From positions 41,264-105,263 of the forward strand of contig CAWUWW010000003.1 of assembly GCA_963926355.1 (NCBI GenBank): DNA of 64,000 nt, given 5' to 3'. The DNA comes from an uncultured SAR86 cluster bacterium. Its GTDB lineage: Bacteria > Pseudomonadota > Gammaproteobacteria > Magnimaribacterales > D2472. Of this stretch, positions 55,319 to 64,000 are shown piece after piece (the first letter of the stretch is position 1; each line of letters begins with the position of its first letter). Below the pieces are notes generated by a model, which worked only from the letters and a program-made list of their open reading frames with translations, did not search any database and was not told where the DNA came from. The translations under genes were made by a program, and so were the position numbers.

Positions 55319-56422
55319 TTAGATAAGCAAAGGCATTACGACATACTTAAAGCAATCAGAAGCAGGATTTGTTATTAAACAGCTTTTATCTGAGCCAAAA
55401 AAATGTATCTCAACATTATCATTTTCAATTGATGAAATTATTTCTTGAAGATAATTAACGTTAAAAGCTATGTCCATAGCCTCACCAGAATAGACGCATT
55501 CAACACTTTCTTCTGCCTGTTCTTTTTCAGGATTGTTGGCTGAAATATTAATTTTATTATCTGAAGTTATTATTCTTATTCCTCTATATTTTTCACTTGA
55601 GAGCACGCTAACTCTGCTTAGGCTTTCTGCTAGACTTTTTTTATTAATTGTTAGTGTTGAGCTTTCTCCGGACGGGATGACTTGCTCATAATCTGGGAAC
55701 TTGCCCTCTATTAACTTGCTTGAAAAAGTTGTTCCTGAAACATTAACTGTTATTGAGTTGGCGCCCAGGTGGAGAAGAATATTTTCTTTTTCGTCTCCGA
55801 CAAGTTTTCCTATTTCATTGATAGATTTTCTTGGGACAATCCCTGTTATTTGCTCTGTGACACCTTCATTAAGGCCCAGTGAAGCAAGCGCAAGGCGATG
55901 GGCGTCTGTTGCAACACTAGTAATCTGCGTATCCTCTATTGAAAGATATAAACCATTTAGGTAATGCCTCCAATCTTGGTTACCCATAGCAAATGCGGTC
56001 TTGCTAATTAAAGATTTTAGATTTTGGGGAGTTATGTTTATTGCGCTAGATTTCTCTTCTTTTTCAAAGACTGGGAAGTCTTCACTTGGAAGTGTTGCTA
56101 GGTTATATTTACCTGAGTCTGTTTCAATTCTTAGGTTGTCTCCATCTAAGAAAAAATGGACTTCTGACATATCTGAAAAAAGCCTACACAGCTCACTAAG
56201 TTTTTTTGCAGGTGCTGTAACCCTTCCACCACTTTTAAAGTTTGATATTGTTGATATTGTTGATATCTCTGATTCCAGATCGGTCGCTGTAAGTCTTAGG
56301 GATGACTCATCTACTTCAAATAAAACATTTGCTAGAATTGGGAGGGTTTGTCTTTTTTCAACAACTCCAAGGGTTGAGGTCAGGGATTTTACAATCTCCT
56401 CTTTTGATATATAAAAATCCAT
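55319..56422 (-). CDS. dnaN: DNA polymerase III beta clamp
   Basis: ATDLE, ATDAHRL, LIEGKFPDY, VVMP. Confidence 0.97.
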   Translation of the reverse strand: MDFYISKEEIVKSLTSTLGVVEKRQTLPILANVLFEVDESSLRLTATDLESEISTISTISNFKSGGRVTAPAKKLSELCRLFSDMSEVHFFLDGDNLRIETDSGKYNLATLPSEDFPVFEKEEKSSAINITPQNLKSLISKTAFAMGNQDWRHYLNGLYLSIEDTQITSVATDAHRLALASLGLNEGVTEQITGIVPRKSINEIGKLVGDEKENILLHLGANSITVNVSGTTFSSKLIEGKFPDYEQVIPSGESSTLTINKKSLAESLSRVSVLSSEKYRGIRIITSDNKINISANNPEKEQAEESVECVYSGEAMDIAFNVNYLQEIISSIENDNVEIHFFGSDKSCLITNPASDCFKYVVMPLLI

Positions 56423-56424
56423 AA

Positions 56425-57720
56425 TTAGTTTGTTAGTGCTCTATTGAGGTTTCTGTAGTCTTCTTCTTGAGATGGGTTCTCTTTTCTTAATTCGGCTATT
56501 TTTTTGCAAGCATGTAGAACTGTTGTGTGGTCTCTGCCATTAAAAGCTTCTCCGATCTCAGGAAGGCTGTGGTTTGTTAATTCTTTAGTAAGGGCCATGG
56601 CAAGCTGTCTCGGCCTGGTAATTGACCTGCTTCTTCTCTTAGACAAAAGATCGGAAAGTTTAATGTTGTAGTATTCTGCAACTGTTTTTTGAATATTTTC
56701 AATACTTACCATTTTTGCTGATATTACAAAAAGATCTTTTAATGCCTCTTTGACTAAGGTTAAGTTAACGGGTTGATTTGTAAAGCGAGAGTTGGCAACA
56801 ACTCTTTTAAGTGCGCCCTCTAATTCTCTTATGTTAGACCTTATTCTTTGGGCTATGTAAATAGCACAATCCTCTGGAAGCTCAACACCCATAGATGTGG
56901 CTTTCTTTAAAAGAACCGCTGCTCTTGTTTCTAGCTCTGGCGGATCTATTACCACTGGCAGACCCCATCCTAGTCTAGATTTTAACCTATCCTCTAACCC
57001 GTCTATTTCTTTGGGATACCTATCACAGGTAAGAATCATTTGATTATTTCTGTCTAAAAGCGCGTTAAATGTATGAAAAAACTCTTCTTGGGATTGCTCT
57101 TTTCCAGCAAAAAACTGAATATCATCTATTAATAAAGCGTCTGCATTTCTATAGAATGACTTAAATTCATTCATTGCGCCTAATTGAAGGGCTTTAACCA
57201 TATCTGATACAAACTTTTCTGAATGAACGTAGACTATTCTCTTACTTGGGTCGTTCTTGCGAATTTCATTGCCGACAGCGTGCATTAAGTGGGTTTTGCC
57301 CAAACCAACACCGCCGTATATAAACAAAGGGTTGTAGTCTCCTTTTGGATTCGAGGCCACTTGTTTAGATGCCGCAAGAGCAATATGATTTGACTTGCCT
57401 TCTACAAAATTATCAAAAATATAAGACTCTACTAACTTAGATTGACCAGACTCGCTGCCTTTTTTATATTTATCGACAAATGTTTCTTTTGTATGGGTTT
57501 TAAAAACAAGACTTATGTCTTTTTTAGACATATGCTTAACCATTTCATTAATTTCAGAAGATAGGTTTGCTTCTACATAATTTAGAATGAAGTCATTTGG
57601 AGCCACAAGTTCTAATATATTTTCATTTAAATTCGCTTTTAATGGCCTGATCCAGGTGTTAAAATCATCCTGCGTTAGTTTATTTTCAAGCTTCTCTGAG
57701 CATTTATTCCAAAATTCCAA
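56425..57720 (-). CDS. dnaA: chromosomal replication initiator DnaA
   Basis: [31 protein letters not shown]; TTG start. Confidence 0.98.
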   Translation of the reverse strand: MEFWNKCSEKLENKLTQDDFNTWIRPLKANLNENILELVAPNDFILNYVEANLSSEINEMVKHMSKKDISLVFKTHTKETFVDKYKKGSESGQSKLVESYIFDNFVEGKSNHIALAASKQVASNPKGDYNPLFIYGGVGLGKTHLMHAVGNEIRKNDPSKRIVYVHSEKFVSDMVKALQLGAMNEFKSFYRNADALLIDDIQFFAGKEQSQEEFFHTFNALLDRNNQMILTCDRYPKEIDGLEDRLKSRLGWGLPVVIDPPELETRAAVLLKKATSMGVELPEDCAIYIAQRIRSNIRELEGALKRVVANSRFTNQPVNLTLVKEALKDLFVISAKMVSIENIQKTVAEYYNIKLSDLLSKRRSRSITRPRQLAMALTKELTNHSLPEIGEAFNGRDHTTVLHACKKIAELRKENPSQEEDYRNLNRALTN

Positions 57721-57768
57721 TCCATTCTCCTCATTTATGAATACCTAGTCTATTAAAAAACTAACAAG

Positions 57769-57817
57769 ATATCTACAGGATAACACCATGAATTTTCTGT
57801 GGATAACTTGTTGATAT
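57769..57817. promoter_or_regulatory. DnaA-box cluster in the dnaA-rpmH intergenic region
   Basis: Perfect TGTGGATAA 57798-806; degenerate TGTTGATAT 57809-817 and ATATCTACA 57769-777. Confidence 0.8.
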
Positions 57818-57902
57818 AAATTATTTGTTTGTTTTTGCTAAATTATGTGAAATGTATAAATTATTGGGCTATAATGCCCCACTATTTTTTGGACAGTATA
57901 TT

Positions 57903-58037
57903 ATGAAAAGAACATTTCAACCTAGCACTCTTAAGAGAAACAGAACTCATGGCTTTAGAGCTAGAATGGCTACCAAGGCTGGTAGAGCTATATTGTCTAG
58001 CAGAAGAAAAAAAGGGCGTAAGGCTTTAACTGTATAG
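57903..58037 (+). CDS. rpmH: 50S ribosomal protein L34
   Basis: [22 protein letters not shown]; true start ATG 57903. Confidence 0.98.
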   Translation: MKRTFQPSTLKRNRTHGFRARMATKAGRAILSSRRKKGRKALTV

Positions 58038-58040
58038 AAC

Positions 58041-58328
58041 TTGGTGCTATCAAGGCTTCCAAAACACTTCCATTCGTCTAAAAATTGTAGAATTTTCTTT
58101 TTAGAAGACGATAAAGAATCATTAAGAATATCCATATCAAAGAAAAATTTTAAGTTAGCGGTTTCTAGAAATAAAATTAAAAGACGTATCAAAGAAATAT
58201 TTAGGATTTATAATCTAAAGGTTGAACAGGGGTGTTTTCTTGTTTTTGTTTATCCTCCTTTTTCTAAATTAAAATACTCAGAAGCTTCTGTTGAAATGGT
58301 TAACGCTGTAAAATCTCATAACTTGTAA
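58041..58328 (+). CDS. rnpA: ribonuclease P protein component (shortened)
   Basis: ISISKK..K.AVSRNKIKRRIKE RNR-like motif; synteny. Confidence 0.85.
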   Translation: MVLSRLPKHFHSSKNCRIFFLEDDKESLRISISKKNFKLAVSRNKIKRRIKEIFRIYNLKVEQGCFLVFVYPPFSKLKYSEASVEMVNAVKSHNL

Positions 58329-58342
58329 CAAAACCCTATCAA

Positions 58343-59887
58343 ATGAATATCAGAAAAATTTATATTGGCTTAATTGTATTTTTATTAATGGGTCTGTTTT
58401 ATGCATGGACGTCTGAGACCAGAGCCCTTTCAACAGCAACGCATATGTCTGAGGTTGAGTATGAAAAGTCCCTACCAACTGTTTCTGATGATGGTAATTA
58501 TATAAGTATAGAGAATGATCTTTTGAAAATAAGAGTGGCTGTTAAGACTGGGGCAATAGTAGAGGCTAGATTAAAAAAATATAAGGTTGAGAATAGCGAC
58601 AGCGCATTGGGCTCGAGGGTTTTTGGATCTGATGATTCTAGTTTGTTTAAGTATTATTTTAAAAGTGGTTTCACGGGTCAAAATTTAAACTATGAATTAG
58701 ATTCATACTCTGACAATTTTGTAATTCTTCTTGATAAAGAAGTTGGAATAAGAAAAAAAATATCATTTCTTCCTGAGACATATGAACTATCTGTTACGGA
58801 CTCATCTATAAATGGGGTTAATGGCAAGGCCTTTGCATCACTATATCGAACAGGTGGAAGATCATTAGATTTAAAAACAAATATGGCTGACGGTGGTTTT
58901 ATGAATAGCAGTTCATATGAAGGTGTTGCTATTAGCACTGAGAAAGATGCATATGAAACTACCAGGCTAAGGTCTTTAGATGAGCCTATTTCTGAACTTT
59001 CAAGGTCAGGTTGGATAGCCTTTATAGAAAAATATTTTTTTGCCGCACTGTTGGGGTCAGAGGGTGTTATATATAATTATATTGCTCAACCGGCAAATGC
59101 GGGTATTTATAGCATGGGTTATACCGTTGAAAAACCTGAAACGCAAAACCTTGTTTATGAGCACACGCATAGACTTTTTATTGGCCCTAAGATTAGAAAA
59201 GATCTTGAAACCAGGGCTGAAAACTTAGAGCTATCAATAGATATGGGTTGGTTCTGGTTTATCTCACAGCCAATGGTTTTAATTTTAGATTTAATTAATG
59301 GAATTGTTGGTAGTTGGGGCCTTTCAATTGTTATTTTTACAATCCTTTTAAAGCTCCTGCTGTGGCCTGTCACTGCTAAAGGTTATGCCTCTATGGCTGG
59401 TATGAGAAAAGTGGCACCAGAGATGAAGGAGCTCCAAGAAAGATATAAAAACGATAGACAGAAGCTCGGAACAGAGACGATGGCTTTATATAAAAAACAT
59501 AATGCAAACCCAGTGGGTGGCTGCCTGCCAATGCTTGCTCAGATGCCTTTTTTTATAGGCTTCTTCTTTGCATTAAGGGAAATGGTGGAGCTGAGGCACG
59601 CATCTCTTGGTTTTTGGCTTACCGATCTTTCAGTACCGGACCCGCTTTTCATACTGCCTATACTTTTTGGAATGGTGATGGTTCTTACGCAAAGACTTAA
59701 CCCTCAACCAGCAATGCAAGATCAAACCCAGGCTCAGGTAATAAAGTATATGCCTGTAATTTTTTCTGGTTTCTTTTTTGTTATGCCTTCTGCGCTCGCC
59801 CTTTACTCGGTCATTAATAGTGGGGTTTCCTTAATTCAACAAAGGCTTGTTTATAAAAAACATGGTGCTAATGTTGATGGCTCATAG
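58343..59887 (+). CDS. yidC: membrane protein insertase YidC
   Basis: D.GWFWFI, NPVGGCLP...QMP, W.TDLS.PDP. Confidence 0.96.
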   Translation: MNIRKIYIGLIVFLLMGLFYAWTSETRALSTATHMSEVEYEKSLPTVSDDGNYISIENDLLKIRVAVKTGAIVEARLKKYKVENSDSALGSRVFGSDDSSLFKYYFKSGFTGQNLNYELDSYSDNFVILLDKEVGIRKKISFLPETYELSVTDSSINGVNGKAFASLYRTGGRSLDLKTNMADGGFMNSSSYEGVAISTEKDAYETTRLRSLDEPISELSRSGWIAFIEKYFFAALLGSEGVIYNYIAQPANAGIYSMGYTVEKPETQNLVYEHTHRLFIGPKIRKDLETRAENLELSIDMGWFWFISQPMVLILDLINGIVGSWGLSIVIFTILLKLLLWPVTAKGYASMAGMRKVAPEMKELQERYKNDRQKLGTETMALYKKHNANPVGGCLPMLAQMPFFIGFFFALREMVELRHASLGFWLTDLSVPDPLFILPILFGMVMVLTQRLNPQPAMQDQTQAQVIKYMPVIFSGFFFVMPSALALYSVINSGVSLIQQRLVYKKHGANVDGS

Positions 59888-59896
59888 TTTTAATTT

Positions 59897-61207
59897 ATGT
59901 CTGTAGTTTTTGCATTAGCTACTCCGGCTGCAAAGTCTGCTATTTGTGTTTTTAGGGTTTCGGGAAAAGGTTGTTTAGAATCCTTAAATGATCTTATTGA
60001 AAAACCCTTAGAAGGTCATAGGGTTTTTGAGGTTAGGCCTGTTTATTTTAATAAAAGACTTTTAGACACTGTCGGGGTGATTTCTTTTAAAGGGCCTGAA
60101 AGTTATACAGGGGAGGATTCTTTTGAGGTTTATGCTCATGGGGGCTTGGGTGTTATGTCTTTGTTTGTAGATCTTTTTAAAAGCCTTGGTTTTGATGAGG
60201 CGCCTCCGGGAGAGTTTACTAAAAGGGCTTTTTTGAATGGTAAGTTAAGCTTAAATGAGGCTGAGGCTGTTGTTGATGTTATAGATAGCTCAGCGGTTGA
60301 GGATGTCTACCTGTCGTCCAGGTCTCTTTCTGGGGATTTTTCAAAAGCTGTTATTGCTTTTGCAGAAGAGATAGATTTCATAAGAGTGAGGGTTGAGGGT
60401 GAAATAGATTTTTCTGATGAAGGCCAAGAATTTTTAGATGGTTCTCTTTTTAATGACTTGGTTAATTTAATTACCAGGTTTGATCTTTTTACAGGGGGTT
60501 GTCTTAATAAAAAAAACCGGTTGGTTAAAAATAAGGTCCTTTTTGTTGGGCCTGTTAATTCAGGGAAGTCGTCTGTTTTTAATAGGCTTTTGGGTTTTGA
60601 GAGGGCTTTGGTTTCTAACGTCCCGGGAACAACAAGGGATTTGATTGAGTCTGAGGTTTTTTATAATGATTTAAGTTTTTCTATTTTTGACTCTGCTGGG
60701 TTAAGAGATACAGATGATCTAATTGAGGCAAGGGGTATTGCCCTTGCTGTGGATGAGATTAAAAACGTTGATGTTGTTGTTGGTGTTTTTGAAAAAAAAG
60801 ATAGTGTTGTTATGGATTATTTTGAAAAAATTTCAAAAAGTAAGATATATATTAGTTTATTAAATAAAGTTGACTTGGGTTTGGTTGATTCTTCTGGTTT
60901 TGATTGTTGTCTTTCCGCAAAAACAGGTGAGGGCTTTGAGCTCTTTAAGGAAAGGCTTAAAGGGGTTTTTGCTGAAGAGAATAATAGTGATTCTACTTTT
61001 CTAGTGAGACAGAGGCATATAAATCTTTTTGAGGAGTCTGTTTTAAACCTAAGGGCGGCGTTGGACAAATTAAGAAAGGCGGAGGTGTTGGAGCTTGCTG
61101 CAGAAGATTTAAAAATAGCTAGGTCTTGTTTGGATGAGGTTGTTGGTTTTAAAAGTTCCGATGATTTGTTGGGTGATATTTTTAGTACTTTTTGTATTGG
61201 TAAGTAG
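59897..61207 (+). CDS. mnmE: tRNA modification GTPase MnmE
   Basis: SYTGED, GEFTKRAFLNGK, GKSS, PGTTRD, D.AG.R, FCIGK. Confidence 0.96.
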   Translation: MSVVFALATPAAKSAICVFRVSGKGCLESLNDLIEKPLEGHRVFEVRPVYFNKRLLDTVGVISFKGPESYTGEDSFEVYAHGGLGVMSLFVDLFKSLGFDEAPPGEFTKRAFLNGKLSLNEAEAVVDVIDSSAVEDVYLSSRSLSGDFSKAVIAFAEEIDFIRVRVEGEIDFSDEGQEFLDGSLFNDLVNLITRFDLFTGGCLNKKNRLVKNKVLFVGPVNSGKSSVFNRLLGFERALVSNVPGTTRDLIESEVFYNDLSFSIFDSAGLRDTDDLIEARGIALAVDEIKNVDVVVGVFEKKDSVVMDYFEKISKSKIYISLLNKVDLGLVDSSGFDCCLSAKTGEGFELFKERLKGVFAEENNSDSTFLVRQRHINLFEESVLNLRAALDKLRKAEVLELAAEDLKIARSCLDEVVGFKSSDDLLGDIFSTFCIGK

Positions 61208-61426
61208 TTAACCTGTTGATAATCTGTGGTGCTTTTTACCCCCCTTTTTTTATCAACAGCTTGTTCGCAGTTTAGGTGTTGGTGTGTGGGTATGCTTAAA
61301 CATGCTTTATACATCTCTGAGATGGTTGTTTTTTATAGGTTTTATAGAGTTGTTAACAGAAAACAGCCTCTCTAATAGAAATAACAATAAGTATATAATA
61401 TAGATATTATTGGTTTTAATAAGTAT
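61208..61426. other. putative oriC (DnaA-box variants plus AT-rich unwinding region)
   Basis: TGTTGATAA 61214-22 and TTATCAACA 61250-58 as an inverted pair, weaker boxes near 61285 and 61350, AT-rich tract about 61372-61426; lies upstream of mnmG (gidA). Confidence 0.65.
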
Positions 61427-63274
61427 ATGGAAAATTATGATGTGGTTGTTGTGGGCGGGGGCCATGCTGGGGTTGAGGCAGCTCACGCTGTTTTTCGCTC
61501 AGGCTTAAAATGCGCCCTGGTAACCTTTGATGCAAAAAAAATTGGTCAAATGTCATGCAACCCTGCAATAGGAGGATTAGGAAAGTCGCATATTGTTAGA
61601 GAGATCGACGCAATGGGTGGAATAATGCCTATAGCCACAGACATGTCAGGCATACAATACAGAACACTAAACACAAGAAAGGGATATGCCGTTCAAGCCC
61701 TAAGGGTTCAATGTGACAGAGAGCTTTATAAAAAAGGAATACAAAAACTATTAAAAGAAACAAATATAGATATTTTTGAAGACGAGGTTATTGATGTCGT
61801 TCTAGAGAAAAATTCTGTAAAAGGGGTTGTAACCAAAACAGGTAAAATTTTAGCCAACAAGACAATCTTAACAACAGGCACCTTTTTAAACGGCGTTATG
61901 TATACAGGCCAAGAGTCCGTAAAAGGAGGGCGCGTAGGAGATAGCTCGTCAATACCTCTGTCAAAAAAACTTTACGATTTAAAACTGCCAATGGGAAGGC
62001 TGAAAACAGGAACGCCTGCAAGAATTAAACTAACAAGCCTCAACACCTCTGTTATGGAAGAGCAGCCGGGCGACACACCAACCCCTTGGATGTCTTTAAC
62101 AGGAAGGGTTAAAAAACATCAAAAACAACTCTCTTGCTTTATAACAAGAACGGACGCCAACACCCATAAAATAATTGAAGAAAACATTCACTTATCAGCA
62201 ATGTATTCAGGAAACATAACAGGCATAGGCCCAAGGTACTGCCCCTCAATAGAAGACAAAATATTTAAATTTAAAGATAAAGACAGCCACCAAATATTCA
62301 TAGAACCAGAGGGAATAAGTAAAGACCTTGTTTACCCAAACGGCATATCAACAAGCCTGCCAAAAGAGATTCAGAAAGAATTTATTTTATCCATAAGCGG
62401 CATGGAAGACTCAATAATAGAAGAGTATGGGTACGCCGTAGAGTACGACTTTATTGACCCAAGGTCCTTACATCAAACACTCGAAACTCATTTTTTTAAA
62501 GACTTTTATTTAGCTGGACAAATAAACGGAACAACCGGGTATGAAGAGGCCGCGGCTCAAGGCTTAATGGCTGGAGTTAACGCAGCCCTTTCTGTAAAAA
62601 AAGAAGAAGAGTTTGTTCTGGACAGGAGCGAGGCCTATATAGGGGTCATGATAGACGACTTAACAACCCACGGAATAACAGAGCCGTATAGGATGTTTAC
62701 AAGCAGAGCTGAGTACAGACTTCTTTTATCTCAAAGCAACGCCGAGCAAAGACTTTTAAGAAAAGCCCATAAAGTTAACCTTGTGGAAGATCAAAGGCTG
62801 ACAACTTTCAACAAGGAAGAAGAGGAATACAAAGAATTTATTATTAACACGCTAGAAAAAACAAAAGTAAAAGAGTTTTTAAATAACAAAAAAGAGGTAA
62901 TAAAACTTAACGAGAAAAAAAGCATAGCAACAATCCTCACAAGACCAGATATCGAAATAGATACAATACTTAAAACCACAAAAGAAAACAAAAAACACTT
63001 AAAAAGAGCGGCTGTTGAAATAAAGTATAAGGGCTATATTGAAAAGCAACTTAGAGAGATACATAAAAACAAAAAACAAAACCACAAAAAAATACCTAAA
63101 GACTTTAACTATAAAAACCTAAGCGGACTATCAAACGAGGTGGTTGAAAAATTACTAAAAGCAAAACCAGAAACAATAGGTTCTGCTTCCAAAATAGAAG
63201 GGGTAACACCAGCAGCAATAAACTTAATTCTAGTAATGTTAAAAAAAGAAGAGATGCAAAAAACACATGCATAA
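61427..63274 (+). CDS. mnmG: tRNA uridine 5-carboxymethylaminomethyl modification enzyme
   Basis: GGGHAG.EA, MSCNPAIGG, GPRYCPSIEDK, AGQINGTTGYEEAAAQG. Confidence 0.98.
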   Translation: MENYDVVVVGGGHAGVEAAHAVFRSGLKCALVTFDAKKIGQMSCNPAIGGLGKSHIVREIDAMGGIMPIATDMSGIQYRTLNTRKGYAVQALRVQCDRELYKKGIQKLLKETNIDIFEDEVIDVVLEKNSVKGVVTKTGKILANKTILTTGTFLNGVMYTGQESVKGGRVGDSSSIPLSKKLYDLKLPMGRLKTGTPARIKLTSLNTSVMEEQPGDTPTPWMSLTGRVKKHQKQLSCFITRTDANTHKIIEENIHLSAMYSGNITGIGPRYCPSIEDKIFKFKDKDSHQIFIEPEGISKDLVYPNGISTSLPKEIQKEFILSISGMEDSIIEEYGYAVEYDFIDPRSLHQTLETHFFKDFYLAGQINGTTGYEEAAAQGLMAGVNAALSVKKEEEFVLDRSEAYIGVMIDDLTTHGITEPYRMFTSRAEYRLLLSQSNAEQRLLRKAHKVNLVEDQRLTTFNKEEEEYKEFIINTLEKTKVKEFLNNKKEVIKLNEKKSIATILTRPDIEIDTILKTTKENKKHLKRAAVEIKYKGYIEKQLREIHKNKKQNHKKIPKDFNYKNLSGLSNEVVEKLLKAKPETIGSASKIEGVTPAAINLILVMLKKEEMQKTHA

Positions 63275-63890
63275 AGAACTAGAAGAGAAAATAGAAAACA
63301 GTCTCCCAAAACAATCTAAAGAAGAGGTTGGTAAAATAAAAGAGTTTGTTGTAGATGCAATAGAGTTCAATAAATCCCACAATATATTTGTGAGGGAGTT
63401 GGCAGAAGAGGTTTTTGAAAAAGATATATTAGACTGCATGCCGCTCATAGAAAAAATAAAAGACAATGAAAAAATACTAGACATGGGTTCTGGCGGAGGC
63501 TTTCCAGGACTGTTAATTGCCATTCTTCGACCTAACTGCGAGATTCATTTGTTAGAAAAAAGCCAAAAAAAATGCTACTTTCTAAATAAAACAATTCACA
63601 AACTAGGGTTGTTAAATGCAAAAACACTAAACATAAACATCAAACCAAATAACAAAATAGGAGCCTATAACCTAATAACATCTAGGGCCTTTTCTTCAAC
63701 AGAGAATACATTAAACCTTTCTAAAAAAAACCTTGAGATAGGGGGAAGATATATCCTTTTAAAAGGCAGAGAGGAGAAGATAACAGAAGAACTAGAATCC
63801 TTAGACACAAATAAATATAAATATGAAATAATCAAAATACAAAATACAAAACATGAAAGGCATCTAGTCGAGATAAAAATTAATGAATAA
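63267..63890 (+). CDS. rsmG: 16S rRNA m7G527 methyltransferase
   Basis: [16 protein letters not shown]; follows mnmG. Confidence 0.93.
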   Translation: MHKELEEKIENSLPKQSKEEVGKIKEFVVDAIEFNKSHNIFVRELAEEVFEKDILDCMPLIEKIKDNEKILDMGSGGGFPGLLIAILRPNCEIHLLEKSQKKCYFLNKTIHKLGLLNAKTLNINIKPNNKIGAYNLITSRAFSSTENTLNLSKKNLEIGGRYILLKGREEKITEELESLDTNKYKYEIIKIQNTKHERHLVEIKINE

Positions 63891-64000
63891 AATACTAGCA
63901 ATAGCCAACCAAAAAGGCGGAGTGGGTAAAACCACAACAGCGGTAAATTTAGCAGCAAGTCTTGCTGGAACAAAAAGAAAGGTTTTACTTATTGACCTTG
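63883..64000 (+). CDS. parA: chromosome partitioning ATPase ParA (partial, runs off window end)
   Basis: Manual translation [39 protein letters not shown]. Confidence 0.95.
   Translation, partial: MNKILAIANQKGGVGKTTTAVNLAASLAGTKRKVLLIDL

Noticed and set aside
60817-61314. 165-aa minus-strand ORF and the many 60-137 aa antisense or alternate-frame ORFs in the track
   Set aside because: They are shadows of well-conserved genes, with no recognisable motifs; biased codon usage reduces antisense stop codons.
61208-61700. dif site or replication terminus explaining the terminus-like skew flip
   Set aside because: No XerD-arm (TTATGTTAAAT) dif-like site seen by eye; dnaA, parS, mnmG and parA context argues for the origin.

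Overview
AT-rich, densely packed core-genome segment of a streamlined gammaproteobacterium. Gene order is a compressed Pseudomonas-like layout; a marine SAR86-like lineage is my inference and was not checked. It runs from lnt-corC-ybeY-phoH-miaB through ubiE/J/B-tatABC, tkt-pgk-fba, metK-ahcY, lysA-dapF-xerC, the cytochrome c4/dsbA/polA region, pckA-gshA, a full aa3/caa3 cytochrome c oxidase cluster, def-fmt-trkAH and glyS, into the replication origin region (gyrB-recF-dnaN-dnaA / rpmH-rnpA-yidC-mnmE-oriC-mnmG-rsmG-parA). I see no mobile element, CRISPR array, tRNA or rRNA. The strongest unexplained signal is a strong G/T-to-A/C strand-composition flip next to the putative oriC, with polarity opposite to normal origin skew. 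Other notable items: an AU-rich SAM-II-type pseudoknot riboswitch before metK, an alpha2 (Thermus/eukaryote-type) GlyRS at the glyQS locus, a GyrB lacking the proteobacterial insertion, a Coq4-motif protein, HexR-like boxes at pckA and a parS site inside recF. All calls come from reading the sequence by eye; no database search was run.
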